64,000 nt of DNA, from assembly GCF_009914755.1 (NCBI RefSeq), contig NC_060938.1; one strand, written 5' to 3'. The position numbers and the translations under genes were made by a program. The DNA comes from the human T2T-CHM13v2.0 reference genome, Homo sapiens. Positions 24,443 to 36,380 of the stretch are shown piece after piece; positions within the stretch are counted from its first letter, which is position 1, and every line of letters begins with the position of its first letter. Under the pieces are notes generated by a model. The model did not search any database. It saw only the letters and a list, made by a program, of their open reading frames with translations, and had not been told where the DNA came from.

Positions 24443-26208
24443 ATCAATAGGATATTCTCACATAAATTTCCAATTAACCCAAAAGGTAGTAGTACATTGC
24501 CAGACATAAGCCTGAGTTGACATCAGGTGAGCAGGATAATATTTAATTTCCATGACAGACAAAATAAGGGTGTCGGGTAAATAGTATAAGGCCTCTCTGT
24601 GTAATATCAGCATCCAAGTAAGATGTATATCAAGTAATTTAAGGCAGTTCAGAGTTTGAATGCAATTAGAAAATAGGTTTATTTTATAACCAAGTCCATT
24701 TCCATTACACAGTACAAAAGATTCTTGTAACCAGATATGGGAAGCTGCTAGTTCATCTGCAGGCTGCTGTCTACCCAAGGACAGACAGAAATTAAGGCTG
24801 TGTAATTTCTCCAAGACAGCAAGCAATAGCAGATTTACACTCAAAAATCTAGGAAAGGTTAAGCAATAGAACGTCTAGACACTCACTGAGAATAATAAAA
24901 TTAATTTGATGAAAGGGCTTAGACAAGGATCTTGATTATTTATTAGGTATCCCTATGACCTTTGTCAAGGAAGTACATTTTATGTTGACATTCTTCATTC
25001 TGTATATTAACATTATACTTTGGTCTTTGGCCAACAGCAAACACTGACTACATTGAGTAAAAATACAAAGAGACAAAGTACTCCGTGTCTCGTTTTTATT
25101 CCTACAGAAAAAAATGTTGCCCAGAAAAAGCAGTAAAGAGAATGTTGTGAGAAAATGCATCTTTTTTCCTGTACTGAAAGAAAAAATTCAATTGAAGTAT
25201 AAATCTTCAGAGGATGAAAAATAACAGCTTCCATTCAGACAGAGTGAGGTTTTTTTTTTCAGAGTTTACTGCAAGGAAAGTAATAAAAAATGTGAAGAAG
25301 CTTTCATGTGATCTCATAAAACAGAAAAAAAAAATCTCTCTTGAACCACTAAGCACTGGTATTCAGGAGAGTAATTTACTCTATGAGCCTTTTACTTTAG
25401 GCCAGAAGGTACACTTGTAATAGCTGCTTAATCTTAACCTCAGGATTTTACAGCTCATGAACTTTTGTATTGACATTAATGAACAACCTAGGAAAGGTAA
25501 AATACTGATCAACAGAGACATCTTAGTTTCCATAGAAAATTAATAAGGATAGTTCTCTGGATGAGAATTTATTGTGAGTGCCTTGAGAATGAACTGCTGT
25601 AATGGTGAGTCTTGATTGATTGGGGAAAAAAGAAAACATTTTGTAGGTGATGGTGTGATAAATTACCACACTATATCATGTCATCTCTAAATTTCATTAT
25701 TTCTGGTTTTTGTTTTTAACCTGTTGTTACCTAAGCAATGCATGCTGAATAAGATGGTAGATTGACAATTACAAATCAGAATCCTTGGGAATGAATTCAA
25801 TTCATTAGCAAAGCAATTGTTTCTTAACAGAGATAATACTGCAAGGAAGTGTGATTAATAGCAATAAATGTATTGATAACAAGAAACAGAATTTCCTGAG
25901 AATAATACATACTCTAATAATCTCTTGTTCTTGCTATTTAACAGGAAGGGACTATCTACAATGTGTAGAATGCTAACTACTCTGCCCCTAGTCCTAATTG
26001 TCTATATGTCTGAATAAAGGTAGGATGCAGGAAACTGAATTAGCACTCTGTTTCTTAATAAACTCAGCACCAAGTAAATTGTGCACCTGTTTGGCAGGTT
26101 CAGTGGGTAGCAGAAATTGAACAGCTTTGGCTCTTTATGGGCCATATATCTTTCTACACCATGTGCCTGATAATGTCATTATATTTTTACCATGAATCTT
26201 AAAGAAAC

Positions 26209-26334
26209 AGAATTCTTCACTGCAGCTATAAGGGTACAGCAACACTAAATGATTCATGTTACACAGCTATGGATTTAAATAGAATTCTTCCCTCTAGCCA
26301 TAAGGGTGCAGTAACACTAAATGATCCATGTTAC
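26209..26334. repeat. 72-bp-period imperfect tandem duplication
   Basis: 26209-26262 vs 26281-26334: 7 mismatches in 54 bp. Confidence 0.85.
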
Positions 26335-26890
26335 CAGGATACACTTGCTGTGGCCAGAATGGGACCAAGAGGTCATGTCCTGCCACATTGCCTTCCAGAA
26401 TTCTATTGCATGAATCCCACAGCAGGATGTGCAAGTTAGACAGACGATTACTATCAGAAGCTGAGGATAAAAGTATGCAAAAGTCTGAAATGTTTTACAG
26501 GAACAAAGTAGAGCACAAGTTAGTGTTTTAGCCATTCTGTATTGTAAAATTCCATTTGGATTTCAGGAATGAAAGTCAGTGGTGGTGTTTGGTAAAATAA
26601 ACATTGTTATGACATTTTATAATTTCAATATAGGCATTTTGAGATATTCAAATAAACCAACCCTCTATACTCCAACTCCTAGGGAATAATAGACCTCCAT
26701 AATTGGACACCTCAGAATTTGTGTGATGGACATCATCTAATCAAAGCAGGAGACAGATTTATCAAGGAAGACAGATTTTCTCAGCCAGCATGTCGTTACT
26801 TATTTGCATAGACACCAATTGGGTCCTTGATAGTTGGAAAACAACCATTCTTAAACTAGCACTATTTTAAAAATTGGGAAAAGATTGACA
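26330..26890 (-). mobile_element. Probable ancient RTE-clade LINE (L4/RTE-X-like) reverse-transcriptase fossil
   Basis: Ordered minus-strand motif remnants across frameshifts: PIFK...SNYQG, FIPEIQ, LHTFI, ASDSNR, GHSKCIL. Confidence 0.45.
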
Positions 26891-27247
26891 TATAAGGAAT
26901 TGATTAGGTATCCTTCTACAATCATTCGATAAATTGGGCTCATTCCCTGAAGATTCTTATCAGAATAAGGTTTCTTGAAACCATCTGTGAGGCTTGCTTC
27001 TAGGCTTAGCTTGCTGCAGAACTGGTCATATACAAAATCTGTTTGTTCATCTTGTCTAGATAACATTTCTGTTCTATGATCTCTCCCTGAAATAATTACA
27101 ACAATAGTAGTTGAATGTAAATTTGTCCATAATCAGCGCTAATCTGGCTGTACTTTGTTTCCTAAATTGAGTGATTATTAGATGCTTTTCCCCAAATTTC
27201 TACTTTCCTGAGCCACTCAAATACAGATAAATGGAAAATAGTTTGTA

Positions 27248-27275
27248 TACACACACATGCACACACACACACACA
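27248..27275. repeat. (CA)n microsatellite, interrupted
   Basis: seen directly. Confidence 0.9.
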
Positions 27276-27562
27276 AAAAATAATAATTTAAAAATGTAAA
27301 ATACAACTTTTATTATCATTTTACTGTCATATGTGCATGAGATACAAACTTCTACACCTATTTTAAAGTCTGTTGAATATTTGGTAATATTAGGGGTTAG
27401 GTCTAAATTTCTGAAGCTCAGTCCATTGAAATATTTATGTAGCTGTCAGCTCTACATGTTTTTAACTAGAACTAAGTGGATCCTTTTGTATATGTTTTCT
27501 TAAGAAATGTTAGGTTCTATGGTGCCTCCTGAAATTTGGAAAATTAAGATTGTGTATAGGGA

Positions 27563-29331
27563 CTGTTTGGTTTTATTTCTTGTAAATTTGTTTAAATTCC
27601 TTGCAGATTCTGGATATTAGCCCTTTGTCAGATGACTACATTGTAAAAATTTTCTCCCCTTCTGTAGGTGGCCTGTTCACTCTGATGATAGTTTCTTTTG
27701 CTGTGCAGAATCTCTTTAGTTTAATTAGATCCCATTTGTCAATTTTAGCTTTTGTTGCCATTGCTTTTGGTGTTTTAGTCATGAAGTCTTTGCCCATGCC
27801 TATGTCCTGAATGGTATTGCCTAAGTTTTCTTCTAGGGTTTTTATGGCTTTAGGTCTTACATTTAAGTCTTTAATCCATCTTGAGTTAATTTTTGTATAA
27901 GGGGTAAGGAAAGAGTCCAGTTTCAGTTTTCTGCATATGGCTAGCCAGTTTTCCCAACACCATTTATTAAATAGGGAATCCTTTCCCCAGTGCTTGTTTT
28001 GTCAGGTTTGTCAAAGATCAGATGGTCGTAGATGTGTGGTGTTATTTCTGAGGCCTCTGTTATGTTCCATTGGTCTATATATCTGTTTTGGTATCAGTAC
28101 CATGCTGTTTTGGTTACTGTAGCCTTGTAGTATAGTTTGAAGTCAGGTAGTGTGATGCCTCCAACTTTGTTCTTTTTGCTTAGGATTGTCTTGGCTATAC
28201 AGGCTTTTTTTTGGCTCCATATGAAATTTAAAGTATTTTTTTCTAGTTTTCTGAAGAAAGTCAACAGTAGCTTGATGGGAATAGCATTGAATATGTAAAT
28301 TACTTTGGGCAGTGTGGCCATTTTGATGATATTAATTCTTCCTATCCATGAGCATGGAATTTTTTTCCATTTGTTTTTGTCCTCTCATTTCCTTGAACAG
28401 TGGGTTGTAGTTCTCCTTGAAGTGGTCCTTCATATCTCTTGTAAGTTGTATTCCTAGGTATTTATGCATAGGACTTCTCAAAAGAAGACATTTATGTGGG
28501 CAACAAACATATGAAAAAAAGCTCATCATCACTGGTCATTAGAGAAATGCAAATCAAAACCACAATGACATACCATCTCACGCCAGTTAGAATGGTGATC
28601 ATTAAAAAGTCAGGAAAGAACAGATGCTGGCGAGGATGCAGAGAAATAGGAATGTTTTACAATGTGGTTGGGGAGTGTAAATTAGTTCAGCCATTGTGGA
28701 AGACAATGTGGTGATTCCTCAAGGATATAGAACCAGAAATACCATCTGACCCAGCAATCCCATTACTGGGTATATAGCCAAAGGATTATAAATCATTCTA
28801 CTATAAAGACACATGCACATGTATGTTTATTGCAGCACTATTCACAATAGCAAATATTTGGAACCAACCCAAATGCCCATCAATGATAGATTGGATAATG
28901 AAAATGTGGCACAGAAACACCATGGAATACAATGCAGCCATAAAGAAGAATGAGTTCATGTCCTTTGCAGGGACATGGATGAAGCTGGAAACCATCATCC
29001 TCAGCATACTAGCACAGGAACAGAAACCAAACACCACATGTTCTCACTCATAAGCAGGAGCTGAACAATGAGAACACATGGACACAGGGAGTGGAACATC
29101 ACACACCAGGGCCTGTCAGGGGGTTGGGGGAAAGGGGAGGCAAAGCATTAGGACAAATACCTAATGCATGTGGAGCTTAAAACCTAGAAGATGGGTTGAT
29201 AGGCGTAGCAAACCACGATGGCACATGTATACCTATGTAACAAACCTGCACATTTGGCACATTTATCCCAGAATTTAAAGTAAATAAAATACTACTACTA
29301 CTACTAATAATAATAATAAAGAAAGCAAAAA
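27563..29331 (+). mobile_element. L1PA8-like, 5'-truncated with 5' inversion (minus segment ~27563-28463, plus segment ~28464-29290, tail to ~29331)
   Basis: Antisense ORF2 then sense ORF2 end and 3'UTR (GCATTAGGACAAATACCTAATGCATG...); TSD AAGATTGTGTAT(A/C)GGGA at 27546 and 29332. Confidence 0.93.
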
Positions 29332-30564
29332 AAGATTGTGTATCGGGATTGAATAAAAGAACATCACAATCATAACCAGTTTCATCTATCTGATTTCAAG
29401 GAGGAAGGGACTAAAAGTCCTATAGGAGGGTTCTACTTTGAATAATTTCTTGAAAAAATGTGTCTCTGTTGGAATGATAATCTACTAATAGCATCTAGTA
29501 CAAAATTTACTTTCTTATTTGACATTATCAACTAGGGAAAATAAAACGAAAACAATACACTTCGTTAGTTCTATTGTTTTTCCTTCTCAAGATGGTTAAA
29601 TGTGCATACTTAATACTTCCAAAATGAAATTCTCAGAACCAAACCATTTATATCTGTTTTCATTTTACTGGGCATTGCAGTAAATGCTCAGTAAGATCAA
29701 TAAATCTGCTTTCAGTTAAATCAGATTTAATCTAATTTTGGCTCCACTGAAGAAGAGTTTCATTTTCTGCTCTGAAGCTTTTAGATTCTCCTTTAAGGAC
29801 CTCTTTTAGTACAGGGTAAACCCACTGTGCAATTTTTTAATCTTTTGCTCCTAACTTGTGCTGATATTTGTAAAACCACATACTTGATTCATTCTGCAGC
29901 TCCAATCTTTCTGTCTTACATACATTGCACATTTTTTTTTTTTTTGGAATCCAAATTCTAGGAAACCCAACACACAGAGAATTCAAATATCTTATGGGTG
30001 TAGCCTGAGTGAAAAATAAAAATTTACATCTCTGAGCTCTGGTGTGAATGAAGACAGCTACTCTGGAGAATCTAGCTTAGCATCAGTGAGATGCTATACA
30101 TCTACAGCTAAACTGGCACAGATCTTAACTAGAGAAATGAAAGGTTTTTACCTCCTTTTCCTTTCATTATCCTACATGACAGCCTATCTCTTATCATCAA
30201 TATAAAAAAATGGGAGCGACAGTATCAACAAATGTGAAAAATATAGTAAGAATTAAGCAGTTCCCAATACCTCAGCGTCCATGGTACTAAGACATCTTAT
30301 CTCCTACAAATGTTCAAACGGTTCCCAGAGCTTGGTTTCTCTCTTATTGTTATGTTTCCCCTTCCACATATACTCTCCTGTTTAGAACTCATAAGACTAT
30401 CCTGGTTTTATAAAAGGGTTTGCAAATTTGGACTTCTTTGCCCAAACTTGTGCAGACCTTAGTAAATGAACAAAAAGAGTTTTAATTTTCTAACTGAGTG
30501 GAATTAAGCCATTTGATAAAAAGACATGGGCAGGACTTGTGATCCAAACATTTTCTTCTCTCTG

Positions 30565-30650
30565 TTCTGGTTACACATCAAAATCCCATGGAGAGTTTTG
30601 TAAAAATACAAACTGTCACATCTCACATCAAAAGATATTAGTCAGCAAAT
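30565..30650. mobile_element. MER5A fragment
   Basis: CTGGTTACACATCAAAATCCCATGGAGAGTTTTGTAAAAATAC. Confidence 0.5.
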
Positions 30651-31049
30651 GAAGAAACACATAAATTGATAGTATGACACAGAATTTTAATGTATGAAAA
30701 TAAATCATGTATCCATTTAAAAATAACTTTGAAAGAGGATTTAAGTATTTCTTATCTAATCAAGCGATTTTATTTCCTGTCAATAACAGCAGAAAGCCAG
30801 GTAAAATCTAAGGCCACTACGAATCAAATCATGACCATTTAATACAATTTAAAAATTGGGATGCACTTTTCAAAATATCTTAAAATTTAATTACAACACT
30901 GATATTAACCAATATTAGCTTGCTTTTGTTTTTCTGAATGTCCCATATATTTTATTTAGTTATTTCAAAATATTACACTTAAAATATAAATGTATTTTAT
31001 GTGATTTTTTAAATTAATAAAAACGTAACTTTGGACCTGGATGTTGATG

Positions 31050-33330
31050 AGATAGAATGGCTTTCTCTTATATAGTAGGAAATATTGCACATATTTTCTA
31101 AGTTGTGTGTTGCACAGAAATACAAGGTAGAGTCTATTCAAGGGTAGACAGAGCTCTATTCAAGGGTCTCAGATACACATATAGCAAATCTCTCACTAGT
31201 AGAATTATAATTTTTATATTCCACTATTGTATCATCTGGTAAATATACTAATTTTAATATATCAGATTTCCAAATTATAAATTATATTACTTGCATTAAG
31301 ACTTGAATTCATTTGCAATTAAAAATGTGTATTGTAAATTATGAATCCAGTTTTATTTTGCTTCTTATGGATGGATAATTGTGATATAATATGGCCCATT
31401 TTTTCCCAGTATAAATGAATATCATGGCTGTCATAGATCAATTATATTTATACATACACACACAAACACACTTAGTTTTGTCTGTCTCCTCTGGTGCATT
31501 TGGCAGTTTATATATTCTGGCACAAACAACCATCTGGGTGAATTATTACATCTTAAAACTGAGTCTTGCTAACTGATAAGAAAATTCTTCTTCCTTGTTC
31601 TTTTTCATGAGGCTCTTAAGTCTTTCTCTTCTACATACACTTTATAATACCTCATGAAAATACCCTGTTGGTAATTTTATTGAAAATAATTTTATATACA
31701 TATATATATATTTGAAGGAAATTGAGATCATTTAAATATTGACACTTCCTATCCATGTACACGTTACCTTCAATGTTTTCCATGAAGTGTTAAAATTTTC
31801 TCTATAAAAGTTTTACACATTTTTTTAAAATATTAATTTTAGAAAAACTAACAGCAAAAAAAAAGTAAGGTATTGAAGTGTATATATCATTATTTTTGCT
31901 AATGCATGGAAATTCTTTTTTACTATTATTATACTTTAAGTTCTGGGATACATGTGCAGAACGGGCAGGTTTGTTAGATAGGTATACAGGTGCCATGGTG
32001 GTTTGCTGTGCCCATCGACCCATCATCTACATTAGGTATTTCTCCTAATGCTATTCCTCCCTTACTCCCCCACTCCCTGACAGGCCCCCGTGTGTAATGT
32101 TCCCCTCCCTGTGTCCATGTGTTCTCACTGCTCAACTCCCACTTATGGGTTTTCTGTTCCTGTGTTAGTTTGCGGAGAATGATGGTTTCCAGCTTCATCC
32201 ATGTCCCTGCAAAGGACACGAACTCATTCTTTTTTTATGGCTGCATAGTATTCCATGATGTTTATGTGCCACATTTTCTTTATCCAGTCTATCATTGATA
32301 GGCATTTGGGTTGGTTCCCAGTCTTTGCTATTGTGACTAGTGCTGCAATAAATATAAGTGTGCATGTGTCTTTACAGTAGAATGATTTATCTTCCTTTGG
32401 GTATACACCCAGTAATGGGAATGCTGAAATGGTATTTCTGGTTCTAGATCCTTAAGGAATCACCACACTGTCTTCCACAATGGTTGAACTAATTTACACT
32501 CCCAACAGTGTAAAAGTGTTCCTATTTCTCCACATCCTCTCCAGCAATTCTATTTATTTCATATATCCAGCCAATTTGCTATCTTTTAGAAAGTCATTTT
32601 TATCCCTGAAGAGTGTTTCCATGTAGATAACCATATTAATTGGAAATAATGGAAGTCTTCTTTCTTTCTTTTTAATCTTTTTTTCTTTTGTGTCTTTTGC
32701 TTCTTTCATTGCACTGATTAAGCCCTAAGTACAATGTTGGTAAAAAGAAGCGATAGTTGTGATGTTTGTACATCCCTTGATTTTAGAATTTGAAAGGATC
32801 TGCATATAGGATAATGTTGAAAACTGCTTGTACTTTTATGTTTTTCAAATTAAGAATAGTCCTCTTTATATTTTCCAATTTTTAAAAATAAGTGGATGAT
32901 GTTTTAAAATATTTTTTCTGTATTTATTGAAATTACATTATGGCTTTTCCCTTTTAATGTGAAAACGTAGTAAACTGATTTTCTTCTATTTGGATAGGGT
33001 CTTATTTATACAATGCTTGATTGTGCTTCATAATTTATGATTTGTCCTATAATTTTCTTTTCTAAAGGCTTTAAGTTTGAGGTTTGAATAGCCATATACA
33101 GTTATTTGAGGAAACGTGTTTATTTTTCTATCCTCTAGAAAAAATTGTTTGAGATTAAAAACATCAGCTTCTTGAAAAGGTATTCTAAATCATTACTACC
33201 TGGTGGGTTTTTAATTTTTTCCTGGATTGATTGTTAAATTTAACTTTGCTTACAATTTTATATTTTTGCATAAATTGAAAACATTTTATCTAATTATTAA
33301 TGGCTTTCTTGGATTAATTTTTCTCTTTAA
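31050..33330 (-). mobile_element. Old L1M (L1ME-like) fragments, interrupted by L1PA7
   Basis: Highly diverged antisense ORF2-like T-rich sequence (TTGGTAATTTTATTG, CTTCCTATCCATG, TTCATTGCACTG...AGTACAATGTTG). Confidence 0.6.
31916..32546 (-). mobile_element. L1PA7-like 3' fragment
   Basis: TTATACTTTAAGTTCTGGGATACATGTGCAGAAC...TACATTAGGTATTTCTCCTAATGC; flanked by AATTCT(T/A)TTT, a probable TSD. Confidence 0.9.
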
Positions 33331-33339
33331 AATTTATTT

Positions 33340-34400
33340 TTGTTTTCTTTGCGTGCAGAAGCTTTTTAGTTTAATATAGTCCCATTTGTCTACTTTTATT
33401 TATGTTGCCTATATTTTTAAGGTCTTAGCCATAAAGTTGTTGCTTAGAACAATATCCTGAAGTGTTTCCCCTATGTTTCCTTCTATTAGTTCTATAGTTT
33501 CAGGTCTTATAGTTAAGTCTTTACTTCATCTTGAGTTGATTTTTGTAGGTGGAGAAAGATGGGGTCTTGTTTCATTTTTCTGAATATGAATATCTTCTTT
33601 TCCCAGCAATATTTGTTGAAGAAGGTGTGCTTTTTTCATTATGTTTTATTGGCCCCTTTGTCAAAAATCAGTTGGCTGTAAATATGTGGATTTACTTCTG
33701 CATTCTCTGTTCATCTACCTGTCTGCTTTTATATCAATACCATGCTGTTTTTGTTACTGTAGCTTGTAATATATTCTGGATTCAGGTAGTGTGATGCCTC
33801 CAGCTTTGTTCTTTTTGCTCAGCAGAATGTAAAGACAGCATGTCAAATGGAAGAAAATATTTGCAAACTATTCATCTAACAAGGGACTAATATCCAGAAT
33901 ACACAAGGAATTCAAACAACTCAAAAGTAAGGAAGATAATAATAATCCCATTAGAAAGTGGGCAAAGAACGTGAATAGACATTTCTCAAAAGAAGACATA
34001 CAAGTGGCCAACAGGTATATGAAAAATGCTCAACATACCTAATCTTCAAGGAAATGAAAATCAAAACAGAAAGAGATATCATCTTACCCCAGTAAGAATG
34101 GCTATTACTAAAAAGACAAAAACAGTGCTGGTGAGTATGCAGAGGAAAAGAAATGCTTATACACTGTTGGTGGGAATGTGTATTAGTACAGCAACTATGG
34201 AAAACAGTATAGATATTTCTTTAAAAACTAATACCAAAACTAGCTTAGGATCCAGCAATCTCACTACTGGTATTTTTATCCAAAGGAAAGAAAATCAGTG
34301 CATCAAAGAGACATCTGTACTCCCATGTTTATTGTAGCAATGGTCACAACAGCAATGATATGGAATCAATATAAGTGTCCATCAGTGGACAAAAAAAAAA
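33340..34400 (+). mobile_element. L1MA-type fragment with 5' inversion (minus ~33340-33822, plus ~33823-34390), ending in A10
   Basis: Antisense ORF2 switches to sense ORF2 at ...TTTGCTCAG|CAGAATGTAAAGACAG. Confidence 0.85.
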
Positions 34401-34414
34401 GTAAATGATTTTTA

Positions 34415-34600
34415 TCTGATAATAACATATCAAAATGTATTCATTAATTGTGACAAACATGCCACACTAATGCAACATGTGACTAATAAAGGGAAATGTG
34501 TATAGGAAGGGTGGCAGAGAGGAGGTAGTTTAGAGAAGTCTCTACACTATCTTAATTTTTCTGTAAACCTAAAACTGTTCTATTAATTTTAAAAAAAAGC
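34415..34600 (+). mobile_element. L1MC/MD 3' terminus
   Basis: TTCATTAATTGTGACAAACATGCCACACTAATGCAA...TTTTCTGTAAACCTAAAACTGTTCTA. Confidence 0.75.
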
Positions 34601-35067
34601 ATAGAAAAATTTAGATTAAATGTTCTTTTTAGCATAGCAAGATCATCAGTTCTGTATATGGGAAGGACTCTTGTAATAGCTTTTCTGAAGTGGCTTACTA
34701 CTTAGCTTTTAAGCGCTGTCAATATCCTATGTTAATAACAATTAGTACAATACCAGGCAGACTAATTGTTATTTTATTGAGGAAAATAGTTGTGTCATTA
34801 AAATCTTCCCACTGAGATTTCACATTAGAATAACTTACAGTACTATAACATTTACCAATTAGCAACAGATTTATATACAGACCCAATAGTTACTTCGTTG
34901 GTGCCTCATCAATAGTTTAGCTATTTAAAATGTTTTCATTGCAAATGGGTCACACTTTCTAGATTCATTAATGTAATTCCAGTAACCCTGCCCCCTATTT
35001 ACTTTTATTAGAATCAGACTGATAAAAATATCTTCTTAGGAGATAATTATATAGGTGAAATACTAAC

Positions 35068-35277
35068 TGGCTTGTGTTGGACACTATAATCCAAGAACAT
35101 ATTCATTCACAGATATTTTCTCGAAAAATTTCTCTAGAAATCCTAGGGATTGTCATTGAAGCTTTATAAGAGAGAAAATTTAAGCTCAAGGAAACTAGTA
35201 GAAAGTGGTAGAGTTGAGATTTATACCAAGTTCCCTCTGAAACAAAAAAGTCTATAACATTTTTATTATACTATGTT
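35068..35277 (-). mobile_element. MIR
   Basis: GAGAAAATTTAAGCTCAAGGAA...AGTGGTAGAGTTGAGATTTATACCAAG. Confidence 0.65.
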
Positions 35278-35432
35278 ACTCTTCTTTTCTGAAAGAAGAG
35301 CAATCTGTATAATTATAGTACTTCTCAGATTACATACTTGAAATGTGAATTAAGAGAGCTGAAAATATCTCAAATAAGCAACTCGAACTGCATAATTGCA
35401 TATGACTCTTATGAGAAAATGAAGGAACACTT

Positions 35433-35765
35433 GCAGTGTTTGGGTCATAGGGATGGATCCCCCGTGGATTGGTGCTGTATTCATGATAGTGAGTCCTCAC
35501 AAGATCTGGTCCTTTAAAAGTGTGTGACACTCCCACCCGCAACACTCTGTCTCTCCTGCTCCTGCTTTCACCATGCAAAATGCCTGCTTCCTTTTAGTCT
35601 TCTGCCATGAATGTAACCTTCCTAAGGCCTCATAGGAAGCTGAGCAGCTGCCTGGTACCATGCTTCTGTACAGCCTGCAGAACCACGAGCCAGCTAAACA
35701 ATTTTTCACATAGATCGCCCTGTTTCAGATATTTATTTATAGTAATGCAAGAATGGCCTAAATCA
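35433..35765 (+). mobile_element. MSTB (MaLR) LTR, 5'-truncated
   Basis: GTGTTTGGGTCATAGGGATGGATCCC...TGTACAGCCTGCAGAACCACGAGCCA...GCAAGAATGGCCTAA. Confidence 0.85.
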
Positions 35766-36070
35766 ACAGATTACTCATCAGAACATGTACAGTTCAAACC
35801 CCTGCCAGTAGTACATGTAGATTCTCATTAGCATGTTATTGTATGTGATGTTCCATTCTTTAACAATCTGATATTTACAAAGAGTAACTCATTGTAGTTT
35901 CTAGTTTGTTAACAATTCCGGTTTACCCAAATTGCATTATTTTCATTTTTATTGTATTTTCTGCTTATGTTCTTACTGAATTTTAAGTATGTTTCCCTCA
36001 TAGACGTTGATAAGGTCTGATCAGTTTAAACTATGAAAACCATGACTATTCTGCTCCTTCAAAAATGTTT

Positions 36071-36380
<310 letters not shown>

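Noticed and set aside
26209-26334. CRISPR-like repeat-spacer array
   Set aside because: Only two diverged units in mammalian DNA; a simple tandem duplication
31129-31168. Short direct repeat AGAG(C)TCTATTCAAGGGT x2
   Set aside because: Ordinary micro-duplication in a decayed L1; no further structure
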